Source: Octopus sinensis
Lineage: Eukaryota
DNA: 10,810 nucleotides
Reading direction: 5' to 3'
Assembly (NCBI RefSeq): GCF_006345805.1
Contig: NW_021827292.1
Location: forward strand, 1 to 10,810
In this document: piece by piece, positions 7,786 to 10,810 of the stretch
How positions within the stretch are numbered: the first letter of the stretch is position 1
Layout of the letters: each line of letters starts with the position of its first letter
Position numbers and translations under genes: made by a program
The notes under the pieces: model-generated
Told to the model about the DNA's origin: nothing
Seen by the model: the letters and a program-made list of their open reading frames with translations, nothing else
The model's database searches: none

Positions 7786-8039
7786 AAGAAATCTTATCAA
7801 AACAACTCCCCCGTTTTATGTAAAATGCTTCCCTACACGATAAAACGCTTTTAGTTACTTTCAAGAGCCTTGTTGTCTAATTTCAGATGAGGTAACGTTT
7901 GTGTCTTATGATGTATTTCTTATACATTACAATCGGCCTATCCAGCCTCCTATGTATGTATATATTACAGCGTACTCTATCAACCTTTTTTTCTAGTTTT
8001 ATCATATGTTACATTCCCTTATCTCTATATGATATTTAT

Positions 8040-8200
8040 TGAGTGGTTGCGAGTGCCAGATCATTGACCAAAGGAATAGGGTTCGAAAAAAAGTGACATT
8101 GCCGTACACTTTCAGTTTTGAGTTCTCGAATCTTTCGTTGCTTAAGAGGGACCGACTTATGCCTCGAACGATCTTCAGAAAAACACGAAGACCACAACTT
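8040..8200 (-). pseudogene. Possible decayed C-terminus of a CR1/L2-type LINE ORF2
   Basis: Minus-strand translation 'RHKSVPLKQRKIRELKTESVRQCHFFSNPIPLVNDL' loosely resembles the 'RGH..KL.K......R.HFFSNRV...WN.L' C-terminal motif of CR1-clade ORF2. By-eye similarity only. Confidence 0.3.
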
Positions 8201-8370
8201 CACGTCTCTTTCCTCCAATCTGTTGGACCAATATGTAATTTGCTTTCATCTTTTGTACTAATGTCTTTGCCTTTCATACACATGCATACTTATGAGTTCC
8301 CATCTCTGTATGTGTTGTGTGTGTGTGGTGTGTGTGTGTGTGTGTGCGTGTGTGTGTGTGTATACACACA

Positions 8371-8972
8371 CGAGGGAGGATAAAAAGATTTATACGTACT
8401 CTTGTTTTCTCAATGTAGTTACGTAAAAGCAGGGGATAAACAAATACGTCATTTTTCTATATAGTTTCCTTCCTTTTCGATACACTTGGTCCAGCGGTTC
8501 ACAAGCTTGCGTATTCCCTCCAAGAAGAAGGTTTTCGGCTGGTCGTGCGACCATTTATGTACCGCTTCCTATCTGTAGGAGACCGACGACCTCGTAAACT
8601 ATCTTTGACCGGTCCAAAGGTATGATAGTCAGGAGGAGCGAGATCTGGGCTGTAGGCAGGGTGTTCCAGCACCACAAAATCCAATTGGTTAATGGTTCCA
8701 ACGGTCTGGGCGGCAGTGTGTGGGCGTGCATTGTCATGCAGCAGCAAAACTTTCTTCAACAATAGGCTTCGGCGTTTGTTGCGAATTGCTCGCTTCAATT
8801 TGTTGGCCAGCAAAGCACTGTATCTTGCACTGTTCCAGGTAGTCCTCCAGTATAGGCCCTTGTGAATCCCAAAGGGTTAGTATCATATTTCCCGCGGAAG
8901 ACTGAGTCTTGAATTTCTTCGTCGCCGGCGAGCCAGAATGTTTCTACTCCATATTCTGAATTTGGATTCTGC

Positions 8973-8980
<8 letters not shown>
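8371..8980 (-). mobile_element. 5'-truncated mariner element (right end plus transposase remnant)
   Basis: The end at 8371 reads 'CGAGGGAGGATAAAAAG', similar to the CGAGGG...AAAAAG termini of irritans/Hsmar2-like mariners, but preceded by CA rather than TA. The transposase remnant lies inside, and the sequence stops at the (TA)n at about 8976. Confidence 0.85.
8449..8980 (-). pseudogene. mariner (DD34D) transposase pseudogene fragment, catalytic domain C-terminal part
   Basis: Across frameshifts it reads YEAESK / QNME*KHSGSPATKKFKTQSSAGNMILTLWDSQGPILEDYLE / SARYSALLANKLKRAIRNKRRSLLLKKVLLLHDNARPHTAAQTVGTINQLDFVVLEHPAYSPDLAPPDYHTFGPVKDSLRGRR / EAVHKWSHDQPKTFFLEGIRKLVNRWTKCIEKEGNYIEK*. HDNARPH and YSPDLAPxD motifs are present with exactly 34 residues between the two aspartates. 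It has an in-frame stop, frameshifts and small deletions. Confidence 0.93.
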
Positions 8981-9012
<32 letters not shown>

Positions 9013-9028
9013 CACATTTATGAATTTG

Positions 9029-9336
9029 TTGCCAAATAAACAGACGCAGTATATATTAGCTCTTTGCTTGTTCATTACTGTTCTTATTGTATGTCCTTTG
9101 TCTGGAAATCTTTCGTCACACATCTTCTGACCTCTTCAGCGGTTCTCCATCCCACGTGTCTCCCCTGTTTTGTTTAATCCATTTTCTGAATAGAACTCGA
9201 GGAGACACGTGCGATGGGAAGTGGCTGAAAAGGTCTGAGGACGTGTGACGAAAGATTTCAAGACAATGGACATAAAATAAGAACAAAAAATAAACAAGTG
9301 AAAAACGAATATATAATGCGTGTGTTCATTTGGCAA
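9029..9336. repeat. Long inverted repeat: ~135-bp arms (9029-9163 / 9201-9336), ~82% identical, 37-nt spacer
   Basis: Manual alignment of the left arm to the reverse complement of the right arm gives about 25 differences over 136 columns, including a 17-bp exact block gaaatctttcgtcacac. Confidence 0.92.
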
Positions 9337-9366
9337 AATAAGAATTAACGTCTCGAAATATAACGA

Positions 9367-9460
9367 TGTGTGTGTGTGAGAGTGTGTGTGTGCGTGTGTG
9401 TGTGTGTGTGTGTGTTGTGTGTGTGTGTGTGTAAGTACATGTATATGCATGTGTGTGTGT
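9367..9460. repeat. (TG)n microsatellite
   Basis: Read directly. Confidence 0.95.
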
Positions 9461-9905
9461 CTATATTATTATTGTTGTTGTTGTTGTTGTGGCTCTATTG
9501 TTGGGGCATAGAGATACCAATAACCTGGTGTTAGAGCTCACTATACGTATGTTTTAGAAGAAAGCGTCAGCTGAGTACAGAGCGATAATAAGAAATTAGA
9601 ATGTCAAAGGAATAAGAAATTGTGTAATCAACTTCATTAGCTTACAACTGTTTCTGCTATAAGGTGCAATGCACTCAGAGCTGAATGTGTGGGCATCACT
9701 CAATAGCTTCCTCTGAGCTACAGATATGAAGCATAATATTATTTGGAAAACGTTTACGTTTAATGTTATACACACACAACGCATATCTTATTTCCTTCAC
9801 AAGACTGTCATCGACATTTTCTATTGAAAAAGTTTATTTTATTAAATCCAGTCTTTTAATCCAATGTTTAAAATTTCACTCACAAGACTTTTCTCTGCCC
9901 ACACG

Positions 9906-9985
9906 TGAAGTGCTGCGCAGAGGGATTGAGCTTAAAACCACGAGATCGCAAAGCGAGCTCCTTACCTCGACAGCCATGTCTGCGA
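9906..9985 (-). mobile_element. Head fragment of SINE family B
   Basis: Minus strand 'gcagacatggctgtcgaggtaaggagctcgctttgc...agctcaatccctctgcgcagcac' resembles the start of 4345-4483. Confidence 0.55.
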
Positions 9986-10382
9986 CTATTAAAACACAGC
10001 AATTCGTTTGTATATTTCTGCGTTACATAAGAAAATAATTAATTAGTGTAATCAAATCTTTAATTGCACCATTAATAGCCCTATTATATGTTCGTTATTT
10101 ACATTATAACTGTGCTACCATTCCATTCTGTTGCGAATCCATTGTCTGGGCGGTGTCTTATTCGATAGCAAACAAATTCTTTAGCTGTGTGATGTTTGTT
10201 CAGTTGGCGATCCCAAGGAAACCATTTCATAAGAAACACTTGGCGATCCGAGTTAAGTGAATATACTATTCACAGTTGCCACGAAAACGAATTTGTTCTT
10301 TTCCCACCAATATCTCCCTTCCCCCACCTCACTATCATCATCATCATCATACTCCTACCGTTACTGCTTTTATCGATAGTTC

Positions 10383-10547
10383 TTTCTAAATTTGGCACAA
10401 AGCCAGCAGTTTTTGAGGTGAAGCGGGAGTTAATTACATCGATCTCCACTGCTTAAATGCTACTTGTTTCATCGACCCTGCAAAGCTGAAAAGGCTAAGT
10501 CGACCCGGGCAGAACTTGAACTCTGAACGTAAAAGACGGATGAAATG
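10383..10547 (-). mobile_element. 5'-truncated SINE, family A (left arm of a head-to-head pair)
   Basis: Minus strand 'catttcatccgtcttttacgttcagagttcaagttctgcccgggtcgact...aaaactgctggctttgtgccaaattt'. Confidence 0.85.
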
Positions 10548-10565
10548 TAGCGAACCGTTTCCCGC

Positions 10566-10726
10566 CATTTCGTCCGTCCTTACGTTCTGAGTTCAAATTC
10601 TGCCCAGGTCGACTCTGTCTCTCATGTCTTCGGCGTCGATATAAGTACCAGCTACACACTGAGGTCGATGTAATTGATTTAGTCTCTTCCCCAAAACTGC
10701 TGTCCTTTTGCCAAAATTTGAAACAA
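10566..10726 (+). mobile_element. 5'-truncated SINE, family A (right arm of a head-to-head pair)
   Basis: 'catttcgtccgtccttacgttctgagttcaaattctgcccaggtcgact...aaaactgctgtccttttgccaaaatttgaaac'. Confidence 0.85.
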
Positions 10727-10727
10727 T

Positions 10728-10810
10728 CTTCTTCTTCTTCTTCTTCTTCTTCCTTTTCTTTTTCTTCTCGTCCTCCTCTTCCTTCTTCTTCTCCTCCTCC
10801 TCCTCTCCTT
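10728..10810. repeat. (CTT)n/(CCT)n polypyrimidine tract
   Basis: Read directly; runs to the window end. Confidence 0.95.

Noticed and set aside
8499-8813. 104-aa ORF as a functional or domesticated transposase
   Set aside because: It is only the middle of a frameshifted remnant with an upstream stop. The DNA-binding domain and first catalytic Asp are missing.
1242-9450. Most ORFs in the supplied track (YI/HT/CV-rich, e.g. 2074-2304, 3615-3974, 4652-4981, 7209-7800, 9136-9450)
   Set aside because: They are translations of dinucleotide microsatellites that lack stop codons. No recognisable domain or splice context.
10204-10248. Direct repeat ttggcgatcc twice, about 35 bp apart (CRISPR-like spacing)
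   Set aside because: Only two 10-bp copies in eukaryotic DNA, with no array and no cas genes.

Overview
AT-rich, microsatellite-dense eukaryotic non-coding DNA. The repeat families look like those of coleoid cephalopods, most likely Octopus; this comes from recall of the repeats, not a database search. No intact host protein-coding exon is supported, and nearly all listed ORFs are translations of (TA)n/(CA)n/(TG)n tracts or SINEs. The window is a patchwork of at least three tRNA-derived SINE families (about 12 copies or fragments, several nested, tandem or inverted), one 249-bp hAT/Charlie-type MITE and one 5'-truncated, frameshifted D34D mariner transposase remnant. The most interesting signal is a pair of same-orientation ~200-bp repeats (2233-2430 and 2900-3120). 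Each carries, on the minus strand, a complete minimal type I hammerhead-ribozyme fold with a shared non-canonical core (CUGU instead of CUGA), which suggests a Penelope-derived or retrozyme-like element. A second, unrelated family forms a ~135-bp-arm palindrome (9029-9336) with a hammerhead-like core in each arm. Several long inverted repeats could form dsRNA if transcribed.
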